This document shows, one piece after another, positions 37,761 through 51,267 of a DNA stretch of 64,000 nt. A program made the translations under genes and the position numbers. The DNA is taken from contig CM076000.1 of assembly GCA_038087875.1 (NCBI GenBank), positions 1,488,001 through 1,552,000 of the forward strand, given 5' to 3'. The notes beneath the pieces were generated by a model. That model saw nothing but the letters and a program-made list of their open reading frames with translations. It was not told the origin of the DNA and did no database searches. This stretch comes from Malacoraja senta. Taxonomy: Eukaryota. Position 1 is the stretch's first letter. Each line of letters opens with the position of its first letter.

Positions 37761-38914
37761 TCCATGCCCAGCCTGGAGAAGGGTTCCAACTCAAACCATC
37801 GCCTATCCGTGTCCTCCAGATTTGCTGTCTGACTTGCAGAGTTATTGCAGCACTGTGTTTTATTGCTGATGCAAGTACCGTTTCAGAGATGATGCTGAAA
37901 ACTTTCATGTCTGTATTGTGCAAATGTTTTCTGCCAGTATTCTCATTTACCATATATTCTCCTGTACCTTATGTACATTTAAATCACCTCTGATGTGCTC
38001 TACATTAATTAAAATTACTTCTCTTTTTGAAAAAGTTGATAACATTTATTGTTCAACTGCTAATGCCCCAGGTAATATTGAAAAATAATTTAAAGATTGT
38101 TGGAAATCAGATAATTGTAGTTAGCTTAATGAAGCATAAAACCACATTCTACATAAGCTTCCGGCCATAAACAGAAAAATCCACCAATGCAAAGAGATGA
38201 AAAAGAGGAAATTTACCCGGTAGTTGAAATCCAAGTCATGGTCAATTGGTACAAATGTTTCTAAGTTGACAAGTTTCCAAGAGTACAAAGTGATGGTTAG
38301 CAATTATGTTGCTGTTCAATTATTGACATCACCAATCAAACTGGCATTCTGTCAGGTTTTGCATTACTTTGGGTGTATGTACTCTTGGAAAAGTCATACC
38401 TTTGTTTTTAAAAAGCAAACTAAAACATCGATTAACAGATATACATCTTAAATTATCATTATTTTGGATTATAATTTGGATGTAGATTGTTGGAATGAAA
38501 TTCAAATGTACAGCATACATTAATAATTTTGAAAGTCTGAAATATGCATCAAATACAACATGAAAATGAACACTAATGTTAATAAAGATAGACACAAATT
38601 GGTGGAGTAACTCAGCGGATCAGGCAGCATTTCTGGAGAAATGCCTGGAGTCCCGACCCAAAACGTCACTCACCCTTTTTCACCAGAAATGCTGCCTGAC
38701 CTGCTGAGTTACTCCAGCACTTCGTGTCTATCTTTGTATAAACCAGCATCTGCAGTTCTTTGTTTCTACTAATGTTAACAGTACTAACTGTGGGATTTAA
38801 CCAATACGAGAACATAAGAAATAACAGCAGATCTCGACTGTTTGCTCCTTTCAACCTGTGCCTCCATTCATTTAGACCATGAATAAATGTCTCCATCAAC
38901 TATGAAAAGACCAC

Positions 38915-39642
38915 CAGGGGCGCCGGGGAGATGGCTGCCCTGCCAGCAGTGTGTTCGTCTTTTCACTCATTTTGTTATTTTTTTTAGTTTGTTAAAAGTT
39001 TTGTTTTAATGTTCTTCGGTTTGTTTTATGTGGGGGGACGGGGGAGGGGATCGGGGGAAACTTTTTTTCAGGTTCTTACCTTCCCGGAGATGTGATCAAT
39101 TTTCAGATCACATGCTCCGGGCTCTGCGGCCTTCCATCGACGAAGCTGGACTTTGAGCCCTATCGCGGGGCGCGGACTTAACATCGGAGCCGATCCCTTC
39201 CCTGGGATGGCTCCCACCGCGGAATCAACATCAAGGGCTCGCAGTCTCGGGTGAGGCCGAGTCAGGAGCTCCAACATCGCGGAAGGTTCGACCAGCCCCG
39301 ACGCAAGGTTCGATCGTCAAGCGCTGGGGAGCTGACGATCCCCCCGATGCAGGAGCAGATCGCCTCGACACGGAGGGCCCGAACGCCGCCGGCTACGGGA
39401 GTTAAAATCATCCCGTCAACGGGGGCTCGAGGCCCACGACTGAGGAAGAATTAAGGGAAGGACTTGAACTTGATTTCGCCTTCCATCACAGTGAGGAATG
39501 TGTCGGAGTCACTGTGGTGGATGTTCATGTTAAAATGTGTTTTGAAGTGGACTGTTACTTTTAATTGTATGATTGACCTGGCCAATGAAATTCCTCGTAT
39601 GTTGCAAAACATACTTGGCGAATAAAGTGTGATTCTCATTCT
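38915..39642 (+). mobile_element. CpG-rich non-autonomous retroelement with LINE-type tail
   Basis: Ends in a stem-loop (gtatgttgcaaaacatac) plus aataaag and a gattct-like tail; no recognisable protein; family unassigned. Confidence 0.4.
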
Positions 39643-40559
39643 GTTGGAGTAACTCAGCAGGTCAGGCAGCATCCCTGATGAACATGGATAGGTGCCATTT
39701 CAGGTTGGGGCCCTTCAGATACCTTTCTGCATCAGCCTTGTGTATTAAAAAATCTATCAACTCCTGCCTTTGAACATCAGCAGGCCTCTCGGGCACAAAA
39801 TTCCAAATGGTCACAAGGGTAAGATTGCAAAGAATAGATTCCAAGCACTGATCTTTACAGTACCCACCAGTTACAGCTTGCCATCCTGCAAAAGTCATTT
39901 ATTCCTACTCTATTTTCAATGCGATTACCAATCCAATGAGCTCCTATGTGGAGCAACAATCTCTTAGATAGCTTTGATTTTGAAACTTCAATTATACTAC
40001 GTTTATTCAGGTATTTTTTAACTTCCATGTTTTGTCAAACATTGATTATCTACGTGACCAGTTTGACTTAAATAAAAAATTAATTCTAATGTTTTCTCTA
40101 CTGGTGATAAACATAGAATAGTACAGCACAGGAACAGACCCTTTGGCCCACAATATCTGTGCCAAACACGATGCCAAGACCATCATTTGTTTATCTGCAC
40201 ACAACCTATATCCCTCAATATCCATGTGCCAATCCAAAAGATGCCAATCTCATCTGCCTACACACAATCCATAAGCCTCCATCCCCTGCATATCTATTGC
40301 CCTTCCAAATGTCTCCTAAATGCCATTATTATATCTGCTCTAGATATCAGGTCAACCAACTTATAGCTCCCCATTTTCTCCCTCCTTCCCAAGTGCTAAA
40401 GCTACAAAAAGAGAATAAAGAATTATGATTACATTATTTGAAAGAATTTTGCAAAAAATATTTTCACTCTTCTAACAAATTAAAATCACCCCTATTTCGT
40501 TTGTAGTTTCATTTTTTCCATTATTACTAAGTCGTCAAGTTACAAATAGAACAGAATTG

Positions 40560-42030
40560 AGTATCGATTATCTGAAATAACTTTGCTAATTTCACTCTTC
40601 CGATAAATTGAAACCACCTCTTTCGATTGTAATATCGTTAAACACTAGAAATATGGTTGCTAGAAATGAAGATCACGCGATATATATATATCGATCGCGT
40701 GATATAATGGAGCTTAAGGGGAACTATATATATATAGTTCCCCTTAAGCTCCATTAAACTTAGTATTTTACACCTAACGCAACATTTAAAGTCGCCGATG
40801 ACAGGCTTGCAAAAGCGTGCGTTTCATATGCGGCCCTGATTCAGCTCTGATTCAGCAGACGTCTGTGGCTACTCGAAGCTGTCATCGGAGGGTCTTTCTT
40901 TGGCTGGCTTTAAAAAAAGTCTGAAATCCGTATGTTTCCAAAGCGACACGCGAACTCTCCCAAAGTGGGAACTTCCCTCGAAGTGACCACAGCCCAAAGA
41001 GTTTGTGAAATAGGATTTTCCTTCTCTTTGCTTCCTTTGAGATTATAGTTTAAAAAAGAAACTGCTTCAATTAGCGGAGTTTTTTATTAAACGTGACAGG
41101 ACGAGGATTTTTTATAGTACGTTACCATCGAAAACATATATATTCTATCCTTAATCATACCTTTAAAAAAAATCACAAATCGTCAACCCAGGACTGTCCC
41201 CGATTTAATGGGGTGTAAATGCAGGCAGTTTGGAGTCACCGCAGTTTCTCTCTTTTTTGCGCGAAGTTATGCGGATGGAAGCCAAAGGAACGCACCTCGG
41301 CCCAAGCAACCGCATTCCATAGCAGGGAGAAAATGCATTTCAATCTGCCAGCGACACCATGTTGCGCTATGGGAATAGAGAGAGGGAAAAAAATAAGCCA
41401 CAATTTACCAACATCATTAAAAGTTACTGTAAATCGCACAGATCTGGCTAATCTTCAAGAATAACTCAAATCGTTAACAAACGTCACGGTCTATCTAATA
41501 CTACATTAAAATAAGTATTGGTCGACTCAGCTTAGTTTCATTATTAAGTGTTAAGAAATTTAAACATGTAGGCCAAACAATTTGACGTATGAAATGTTTA
41601 AATATGATAAATGTAATGATACAATTCAACTGGTGAGAGCTGGTAGGTGTTTTTTTTAAATAAAAGTTTATCATTTACTTGTTTTTCACTGGTCTTCCGG
41701 CCCCGCTTTTGGAGACAAGGGTCTTGCTAGTAGTGCTGGTGCTATCCAGGCAGCCGCTGCACCGTTCGGGCTGTCGCTCGGCGACTATCCTCCGCTCGCT
41801 GCTCCCTCTCAGAATGTGGGCCGGAGCTGGGACGCGCCTGATTGACAGCTGCGCTCCACATTGTTTTCATTCCATTCGGGTCACATGGCGGAGCCGCGCG
41901 CCGCAACACCAGCGGGAGGCGGGGCCCTGGCCCCAGCTCCAGCAATCGGTCCATCTACAAAATGTATCCCAGTGAGATGTGTCCAGTCTACGACTTCTTC
42001 AGAACCCGTGCGTATATTCTACCCGTTTTT
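40560..42030 (-). promoter_or_regulatory. LATS2: CpG-rich probable LATS2 promoter and non-coding exon 1 (candidate donor CAA|GTAAAT, exon end 41679)
   Basis: Non-repetitive CpG-rich stretch upstream of the first coding exon, which opens with a splice acceptor and so needs an upstream exon. Motifs: TEAD-like CATTCC (41313, 41868) and AGAATGT (41811), TGATTGACAG (41839-41848), CATGGCGG (41884). Exact TSS not determinable. Confidence 0.65.
40705..40756. repeat. Perfect 52-bp palindrome without spacer
   Basis: taatggagcttaaggggaactatata|tatatagttccccttaagctccatta; 26-bp arms checked base by base. Confidence 0.97.
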
Positions 42031-42537
42031 TTTTTGGTGTGTACTGTCTCCTCTAGGAACCTGGGCATCTTTTTTTCACTCTCAGAGGGTGGTAGGTATG
42101 TGGAGCGAACTGCTAGAGGAGATACACAGAAGGACACCAAACCTTTCCTATCCATGTACCTGTCCAATTGAATTTTAAATGCTGTTATGTAGTATGCTGT
42201 TATGCCTCAATATCTTCTCTGGCAAAAGAAAACACAAATTGCTGGAGTAACAGCGGGTCAGGCGGCAGGTGACGTTTCGGGTCGAGACTCAGCATTTCTG
42301 GAGAACATGGATAGGTGAAGTGTCCTTGTTTCTACTGCTAGAGGAGATATGTGGATAGAATTAATTGCAGATGCCGGTTCACAAAAAAAGACACAAAAAT
42401 GTTAGAAATGTAAAAATGTTAGAATCAGTCTAAAGGATCCCGATCCGAAATATCATCTATACATTCAGTCTTCAGGACTGAAACATCACCTATTCATGTT
42501 CTCGAGAGATGCTGCCTGATCCGCAATGTTACCAGCA

Positions 42538-43563
42538 ATGTTACAAAATTTTGAGATTTTCAAAATAAAGTCTGCAATTTATCCCATCAGATAAAGCATA
42601 AAAAGAAGTTTAATTTGACACCTAATTCAGTTTAATATCTTCAGTATTAAAAAAGTTATGGCCATTTTCATACTCGGAAATTAGCATCTTGTTCCCTTGA
42701 CTTAACACTAAAGCTGTGATTGAGGACAGTCAAAAGCCCATAACTTTCTTAAAAATTAAGAGAACTGAAAGAAACTTTCAGTTATTATAGATTGAAGCAT
42801 TCTGAAACAAATATGAAACAATCTTACTTAGATGGCATGAAATTAAAGCATATAATTAGTTAGTTACCTAATTGTAGCTAATTACAAAATTCAATTACTA
42901 GATCTAAACATCTATCAATTTCTTAAGAATAGATTAACATTTTTAAATAGCCTAAGTGTCCAAATAACATTCACACAAGAATTCACAATATAACATAATG
43001 TTTAAATCTCATTGTCATGAATTTACAGGCCAAATGGAAGGAATTGAATGTTTAATACCTGTAAATTAATGGGCATTTAAATCATTTTGCAAGTGAGGTT
43101 TTCTGGAACGCGATCATTTGGAACGTTGATTTGCGGTGAATTTAACCCCGTATCGGCATGAAAAATTCTGCCGTTAGTTCGGGGGAAAAAAATCACCGTT
43201 TCGCATGAAAAAATATGAATTAAAGGCTTCTTAAGAAGCACTTTTATACAAAAAAATAAACTACTTTCGTTTACCTGTCCCGTGTGTGAAATCCGTCCCC
43301 GTTGTCGGCGTTGACGGCTTCAGAAGCTGATTTTAAAATGACTCCAGCACTGACATTGTCGATTTAATAAAAATAAAAAATACACAAAACGCCCGTGGGA
43401 ACGATTTTTCAGCAAAAGGTTGTACTCCAACGAAATATAATACAGGACAAGGTAGGAGAAACCCGCGTTTTAACCCCGCCCCCCCCCTTAAAGGCGCCAA
43501 AATCGCGCACACGGCCAGTGGCAGAATTACAGTGCCGCTGAGGGTAAGTATTGTAACATACCT
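42538..43563. mobile_element. Probable ~1-kb non-autonomous DNA transposon inserted in a Penelope end
   Basis: Short inverted termini atgttacaa / ttgtaacat; host repeat gatgctgcctgatccgc...gttactccagcactttgtg is split around it. Superfamily not assigned. Confidence 0.5.
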
Positions 43564-44119
43564 AGTGTTACTCCAGCACTTTGTGCCAGAGGAGGTAGTT
43601 GAGGCAGGTACTATAACAGCATTAGGAATATGGGCAAAACGTGGGACTAACATTAATGGGGCATCTTGGTCGGCATGGAGGAGTTGGGCCGAGTGGTCTG
43701 TTTTCTGTAATGTATGATTCTAACTCTGCTTCCTAAACAAAATTGGCTGAAGAAGGGTCCCAACTAGAAACACCGCCTATCCATGCTCTTTCGAGATGCT
43801 GCCTGACCTGCTGAGTTACTCCGGCACTTTGTGTGGTTTGTTCACCATCCCTGTCCCTCCATTACAACTTTGAAAATTACCTAACTTGTGAGGCAAGCAG
43901 GAAAATGCAGGGAAAAGAAAATATCTTGTGATTTCTCTTCAAGGAAATAGCAGGTGATTCAAAGTTACAATTTAGGTTTTGCCTCTGACGGTGATGGACA
44001 GCATCCTTGCCGTGGCTTAATTCCACAGACAGACCTGTTCCTCCCTCTTCAACACTGAAATGTTGGTAACAACTTACAAAGAATTGTTGATCACATGCTT
44101 CACTTCGTAAAAGGATGCA

Positions 44120-44710
44120 TACGTACAATGACTTCCCTTCCCTTTCCCACACCGATCATTCTGTCCTGGGCCTCCACCATTGCCAGGGTGAGGCCACACG
44201 CAAACTGGAAGCACACCTCATAATCCGTTTGGGTAGATTACAACACAATGGTATGAACATAGAAGAAACAAAGAACTGTAGTTTCTGGTTTGCCAAAAAA
44301 AAGTACTGAAGAACTTTTCATCTCTGAAGAGCATGAATAGGTAACGTTTCGGATCGGGATGTCACCTGAAGAAGGGACGTCTGAAGAAGATCCCAGTATG
44401 AACACTGAATTTTCCAATCTTAATAGCCCTCCTACCTCCTCCCTCTTTCCTCTGACCCCCCCCCCCCCCCAATCCCAATGTGCAGTCATTTCTGCCACCA
44501 TCTGCCTTTGAAATTTACTCCACAGTCAAAATCCCTCCTCATCTGCACCCAACTATCACTTACTTTGGTCCCGCCTTCATCTATTAGATTTATCTCCCTC
44601 CCCCCTACCCCTCCACTACAATCAGCCTGAAGAAGGGTCCTGACAGAAACATTGCCTATCCATTCCTTCTGCAGATGCCAGAGTGGTGTATTCCACCACT
44701 TTGTGTTTTG
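44120..44710 (+). mobile_element. Penelope-like element 3' region (GIY-YIG C-terminus plus terminal repeat)
   Basis: SHTDHSVLGLHHCQGEATRKLEAHLIIRLGRLQHNGMNIE resembles the Penelope ORF end; followed by the ctgaagaagggtc...gaaac terminal repeat found throughout the window. Confidence 0.75.
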
Positions 44711-44719
44711 CTCGTTAGT

Positions 44720-46790
44720 AAGTTTTCAGACGTCATAAAAATTGGCAGAGTTGTGGACAGTGAAGAAGCCAGTCAAAAGATGGAGCAGGATGTGGATCAG
44801 TTACAGATCTGCGTGGAGAAATGGCAGATGGTGTTTAATCTGGGCAAATATGAGGTGTTGCTCTTTAGGAGGTCAAATGTAACGCATACGTTTACAGTTA
44901 ATGTTAGTCCATAGCTCTGTGAAAGTAACAACACAAGTGGATAGTGATAAAGACTGCATATGGTATGCTTGGCTTCATTGGTCAGGGCATTAAGTACAAG
45001 CGACAGGTGTTCATGTTGCAGCTTTATAAAACTTTGGCGAGGCCACAGTCGGAATATAGACTGCAGTTCTGATTGCCCCATTACAGGAAGGATGTGAGGG
45101 TTTTGTAAGGCATTTGATAAGATTCCGCATGGTAGGCTGTCTGGAAGGTTAGATCCCATAGGATTCATGGAGAGATAGCTGAATGGGTAGAAAATTGGCT
45201 TTGTGGTAGGAAGCAGAGGGTGATGGTGGAAGGTTGCTTTTCAGACTGGAGGCCTGTGTGTTTATCAGACTGGAGTGGTGTGCCTCAGGGTTCGGTGCTG
45301 GCCTATTGCTGTTGTCATCAATATCAATGATTTGGATGCGTACGTACATGGCATGGTTAGCAAGTTTGAAGATTACACTAAAATGGGTGGTATTGTAGAT
45401 AGTGAAGAAGTTTGTCAAAAATTGCAGCAGGATCTTGATCGGTTTGGCAGGTGGGCTGAGGAATGGTTGATGGAATTTAATAAAGCAAATGTGAGGTGTT
45501 GCATTTTGGGAACACTAACATGGACAGAACCTACACAGTGAACGGTAGGGTTCTGGGGAGTGTTGTAAAGCAGAAGGATCTTGGAGTACAGGTACATAGT
45601 TCATTGGAAGTGGCATCACAGGTAGATAGGGTGGTCAAAAAGGCTTTTGGCACATTGGCACACATCAGTCACGGAGTATAGAAGTTGGGAGGTCATGTTG
45701 CAGTTGTATAAGATGTTGGTGAGGCCAAATTTAGAGTATTGTGTTCAGCTTTGGGCACAGTGTCACCAGAAAGATGTTGTCAAGCTGGGGGGTGCAGAGA
45801 AGATTTACGAGGATGTTGTCAGGACTCAAAGGCCTGAGCTATAGGGAGAGGTTCAGCAAGCTAGGATTCTATTCCTTGGAGCACCAAAGGATGAGGGGAG
45901 ATCTTATAGAGGCTTACAAAATAATGAGAGGAATAGATTGTGTAGATGTACAGAGTCTCTTGTCCAGAGTAGGGGAATCGAGAACAAGAGGACATAGGTT
46001 TAAAGTGAGGGGGGGAAATTTGATAGGAACCTGAGGGGTAACTTTTTTATGCAAAGGGTGGTAGGTGTATAGAACATGCTGCCGGAGAAGGTAGTTGAGG
46101 CCAGTACATTTAAGAAACATTGAAATAGGTGCATGGATAGGGCAGGTTTAGAGGGACACAGGGCAAAAGCAGGCAGGTGAAACTAGTGTAGATGGGAAAT
46201 AGACACAAAGTGCTGGAGTAACTCAGCATCTCTGGAGAAAAGGAATGGGTGACATTTCAGATCGAGACCCTTCTTCAGACATGTTGGCCGGTGTGGGCAA
46301 GTTGGGCCGAAGGGCCTGTTTTCGCGCTGTAAGTCTCTATGACTCTGAGGGGCAGAACAGATTTACCAGGCTGCTGACTCGATTATACGTTTTTTTTTGA
46401 TGAAGAGGTTGGACAAACTTGGATTGTTTCCTATGGAGTATTGGAGGCTGATCGGAGACTTGATAGAAGTTTATAAAATTATGAGAGACATGGGGAGCAT
46501 ACAGTCAGAGTCTTTTTCCAAGAGTGAAAATATCAAATACTGGGCATAGTTTTAAGGTGAGAGGGAGAAAGTTTAAAGGAGAGTGCGAGGCATGTCAGTT
46601 TTTATACACAGTGTGATAGATGCCTGGAACATGCTGCCAGTAGTGGCATTTAAGATGCATTTAATAGGCACACGAATATGCAGGGATATGGAATATCTAC
46701 CAGCAGAGGGATTGGCTAATTTGGCATCATCTTCAGCACAGACATCGTGGGCTGAATGGCTTGTTCCCATGCTCTGCTGTTCTATGGTCA
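44720..46790 (+). mobile_element. Cluster of degenerate CR1-type LINE fragments
   Basis: Frameshifted RT motifs (AFDKIPHGRL, SGVPQGSVL, SKFEDYTKMGG, LVRPNLEYCVQLW). Confidence 0.8.
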
Positions 46791-48259
46791 AACATCTTGG
46801 TTTAGATGCATCTCTTATGTTCATATCTGATTATTTTCCAACATATTTTGGATTATTTTGTCTGCTTTAAAAATAATTTAAGACAATCAAATTAAAGGAT
46901 TATTTCTTTATTGAGACAGGCCCACCACTGATATTCTGAACTCTTGGTTCCAGAGCCTTTCTGGATTATTCATTTGCCAGACCAAGGGAAGTAGCAGCCT
47001 TTGAGAGGAGTCCAACAGTACCGGAACGGTCTGCCGAAGCTTCCAAGGGGCCAAGGTAACGTCTCGCAAAGTCAGCCTCGGAAATCAAGGGCTGATGTGA
47101 TTTAATCAGTCTGAGGAAGGGTACTGCCCCAAAATGTGACCTATCCATGTTTCCAGGGATGCTGCCTGACCCGCTGAGTTACTCCAACATAATAATAAAT
47201 TGCCGTTTCTGTCTTAAACAAGCGAACTTTTATTTCTTAAAATCTCCATATCCTTTATCTCCCTTATTTTTTACTCTTACCTCAGGTATCTAAAGAACCC
47301 GTATTTTTTTTTTTTTCACAGTCTGCCAACTTCTTTGACAATTGTTTTTTTTTTAACTTTTTGCTCGTCCTGACACCTGATGTTAAACACTATCTATTGT
47401 TAAAATACATCTTAATTATCAGGCTCACAATTCTTTTAGACAACATTGTACAACTATTCTTTATATGAAATACTATTTTTAACTTTTCTAGTTAGTCGTA
47501 GATGCAGATTGAGTTTTATTCCTTGAGGGAGCATATTTTCATTCAGAAATATAGTAATTGCTTTGAAAGTTTAGGCTGCTTATCTACAGATTGTTCCATT
47601 TAATTTCACAATCTATCTCTGTCAACTCACATTTCATTCTCATCAACTGAGTTTGTTCACATTTAAAACCACAAACCTAGCAATATCATTGTCGTTATCT
47701 CCTAATATGTTACTTTCACAATGTTCTAGACAGCATCTTAAATGCATGCTATGAACTCCTGCTTCAGTCAATTTTTACCAATGTGATTTGCTCAGTCTTC
47801 ATGAAGATTAGGATCCATCACAGTTATTGAAGTAGTCTTTCACATGCTCTTGTAATTTGTATTTTTACTTGCACCCTGTCTAACACAATGATTATTGTCA
47901 ATTTCTGGAAAATACTTCTCTTGTATTTTCTAATCTCTATTATTACTTTATTCCACAGATTACAATTCAACAACCTGTTTTAAAACAAAGAAGCTGTTGG
48001 AAATATTTTCCTAGTCGGACACTGTCTGTGGAGAAGGAAAATCTTAAGATGCAAAATAAGGTGAAAGGGGATGAACATAAGAACAAAACAAAAATAGAAG
48101 TAACAAGGAACTGCAGACGCTGGTTTACACAAAAGGACACAAAGTGCTGGAGTAACTAAGCCAGTCAGGCAGCATCAATGGAGAATATGGATAGGTAACA
48201 TTTCGGGTCAGGACACTTCTTTAGAATGGCTGGGCCCTGTGGAGTGTTGAAAAGGAAAG

Positions 48260-48880
48260 GGAGTACAGGTACATAGTTCCTTTAAATTGGTGTCACAGGT
48301 TGATAGGATGGTTGAGAAGGTTTTCAGAACATTGACAGTCAGGATATTATAGAAGTTGGGATATTATGTTAAGTTGTAAAAGATGTTGGCTAGCCCGCAA
48401 TTGGAGTATCGTGTTCAATTTTGGTCAACCTGCTATAGGAAGGATGCAGAAAAAAATTATGAGGATGTTGCCAGTGTTTGCAGGCCTGAACTATAGGGAG
48501 AGGTTGGGCAGGCTAGGACTTTATTCCTTGGCTGGAGGCTGAGGTGTGATCTTTTGGAGGTGCATAATATCATGACTAGGACTAGACAGGGCAAATGTCT
48601 TTTACCAAAAATAGGGGGGGGGGGGGAAGAATTAAAAGGAACCTGAGGGAAGCGTTTTATACAAAGGGTGCAGAGTATATAGAACGAGCTGCCAGAGAGA
48701 TAGTTTAGGCACGTACTATAACCACATTTAAAAGACACTAAGACAGTTACATGGCCAGGAATGATTTAGAAGGATATGGGCCAAACGCAGGCAGGTGGAA
48801 CTAGCATAGATGAGGATTGTGATCAGCATGGGCAAGTTGGGCCAAAGGACCTGTTTCCATGCTTACGCCTCTATAGGCTG
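48260..48880 (+). mobile_element. Degenerate CR1-type LINE 3' fragment
   Basis: Colinear with 45585-46345. Confidence 0.7.
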
Positions 48881-50080
48881 TGGGCCAAGCATCGAAATGT
48901 ATGTATGTATATATCGAACTTTATATGTATATATGACGTGAATATGACTGGTGTTATATATAATTATATTATATAAAAATAATATAATGAATATAATTGT
49001 GAGTGTGTATGTTGAGTGAGAGTGCCGCAGAGGTCCCGGGTTTCACCGACTCCTGAACCCGCCTAATTAATGGGTGAGGGCAGATCCTGTGCGTTCCTCC
49101 GTTTACTGAACCCCACTGACTGCCAGTGGGCAGAGTGGGGGTCACGGCCATAGTGGGACTGGGGCAGTGCCAGACTGGGGGAAGGCTAAGCCATCTTCCA
49201 CTGAGAGTAAAATGCTTAACACTAACCCTAACTCGCCCCCCTTCCAGAGCTGCCCACGGCTGGAACTGGAGCCGCTTTGGGACCAGCTGCGGGCCCCGTA
49301 CGTGTGGCCGCTCAGCGCATCCACATCAGCCAACATGCCCTTCTGGATCATCATGGTGATGATGGTGGGGAGCAGCACTGCCCTGCACACCGCCCGGGCC
49401 GCCTTCAGCACCCCCATAGCGCCGGCTCCTTCAGTCCGCCCGCTCGCTCGCCGCAACACCGGCCGGCCGACAGCCCAACCGACCCCTCGCAGCACCCACC
49501 GGCGGGCAGACAGCCCAACCGACTGACTGACCCTAACCCTAATCCTAATCCTAGCTCTACATTTTTATGTATCATTTTTATTTAACAGTTCACATCATAA
49601 CTTTACAACGATAAATCAGTTGTAAAACAAAATTATCAGCAAGGTTAGCATTACCTTTATTCCTTCGAAACCTTGCTATTGTTTTGATGTAATTAGGAGG
49701 CAGCCATGATCCCAGTGTGCTCGCTGCCTACCTTCCATGAAACAAAGCGCATGATTGGTCAATTGGCGTCCGACTCAATGTCAAACGTGCATTGATTGGA
49801 CAATTACTACTCGGAAAATTTGAGTTTTTTCTCATATTTAAAAAAATATGTTCAGGTTTTGGTCTTGACGAGTTACAGGTATGATTTCTACAATATTTTT
49901 GCATAATATGTTACAAATACAGGTAGATATGTAATTTGGGTCACGAAATGAAACGAAAAAGCACCTCAGCCCATGGTCTACTATGACTTTTAAGTTTCAG
50001 ACTCCTCTGCCAGGATATACAATCTTGCTGCCGAATTGTGTGCATTTCCATGTCACTTCTAAGCTCCTGAGAAAAGAGGC

Positions 50081-51262
50081 TGTAGCCTGTAGGAAATGAT
50101 CAGACTCACACATAGTGATTAGAATCCATAGTCTTTTATTAGCAACTCTGTGGAGGAAACACAAGGTGCTTTCGTCTCCATGCATTCAGCTAGTCTAACT
50201 GGAGAGAGAGAGAGAGCTCACTAATAAGCGTGTGCGCGGACCAGTAGTATGAGTGACATAAGGAATGTACAGCAAGTATAATCTGTGGTAACATATATAT
50301 AGTATCGACACACTAATCTACATCCTCCCTCTTAAAGAATGAAATGAAAATACAAAACTACTGAGTACTACAGAGAATTAAATGCAAATGTATGCTGCTG
50401 ATTATATAAAGCACACGTAGCATGTGGCAATAAACTGGAGGACGTTCAAACATAGCCCGGGTACTTTACAGTGGGCTTACAAACACGACCAGCGTGTGTA
50501 TGGTACAGTCCTGTATCTCCTCCCGTCACCGGGGACATGCTCGGTGGTGAAATAGGTGTCGGAGATAAAAACGGCATTCCCGGGGACGAAACAGGAGACT
50601 TTGGCACAGGTGGAGGCGGCGTGACCATCGCAAAGTAACCGGATCAGAAACAGTTGTCGTATTGATGCAGTCAGGCCGATGCCGCTGGATGTGGATGGAA
50701 GTACACTTGTGCAGTCAGGATAGTATGGAGGTGGTGCAGGCTCATTCACAGGCAGGATATGTTGCCTATTACGTCTGTAGGTGCCGCCATCGGCATTGAT
50801 CAAGTATGAACGTGGCTCGAAGGCAGTTCCAGAAATTACACCGATGCGGTCGTGAGCTTTGTCGGTTTGCAGACGCACCACTTGTCCCTCGGCTAGTGAT
50901 GGAAGCGGTCTGCTCGTTTTATCATACCACCCTTTCTGAATGTCGCGCTTTTGTTGTAGTCTGGACTGAACTTCTGATGGTGGGAACACATGCAGAACCA
51001 GTGCCTGTTTCGCCACAGGCAATGTGGCTCGGGTCTGCCTCAACATCAGACGCTGAGCGGGTGAACCCAATATTGGGTCGCGTGAGACGTTGCGCAGATT
51101 AAGCAGGTCCAGGTACACATTTGATTTTGCTCTGTAGGACCGTTCCATTAATTGTTTGGCACTCGTGACGGCATGTTCAGCTAGTCCATTGGACTGAGGG
51201 TATTCAGGGCTGCTGGTGATGTGACGAAAACCCCAACGTGCAGCTAAGCCTTTGAAGTACTG
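50081..51262 (-). mobile_element. Gypsy LTR retrotransposon remnant: integrase C-terminus, PPT and 3' LTR (50081 or 50088 to 50322)
   Basis: WGFRHITSSPEYPQSNGLAEHAV...SPAQRLM...PRSYLI...YRRNRQHI. On the minus strand, PPT aagagggagga directly precedes TGTAG...CTACA LTR termini, with AATAAA inside the LTR. Confidence 0.88.
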
Positions 51263-51267
51263 CCTGT

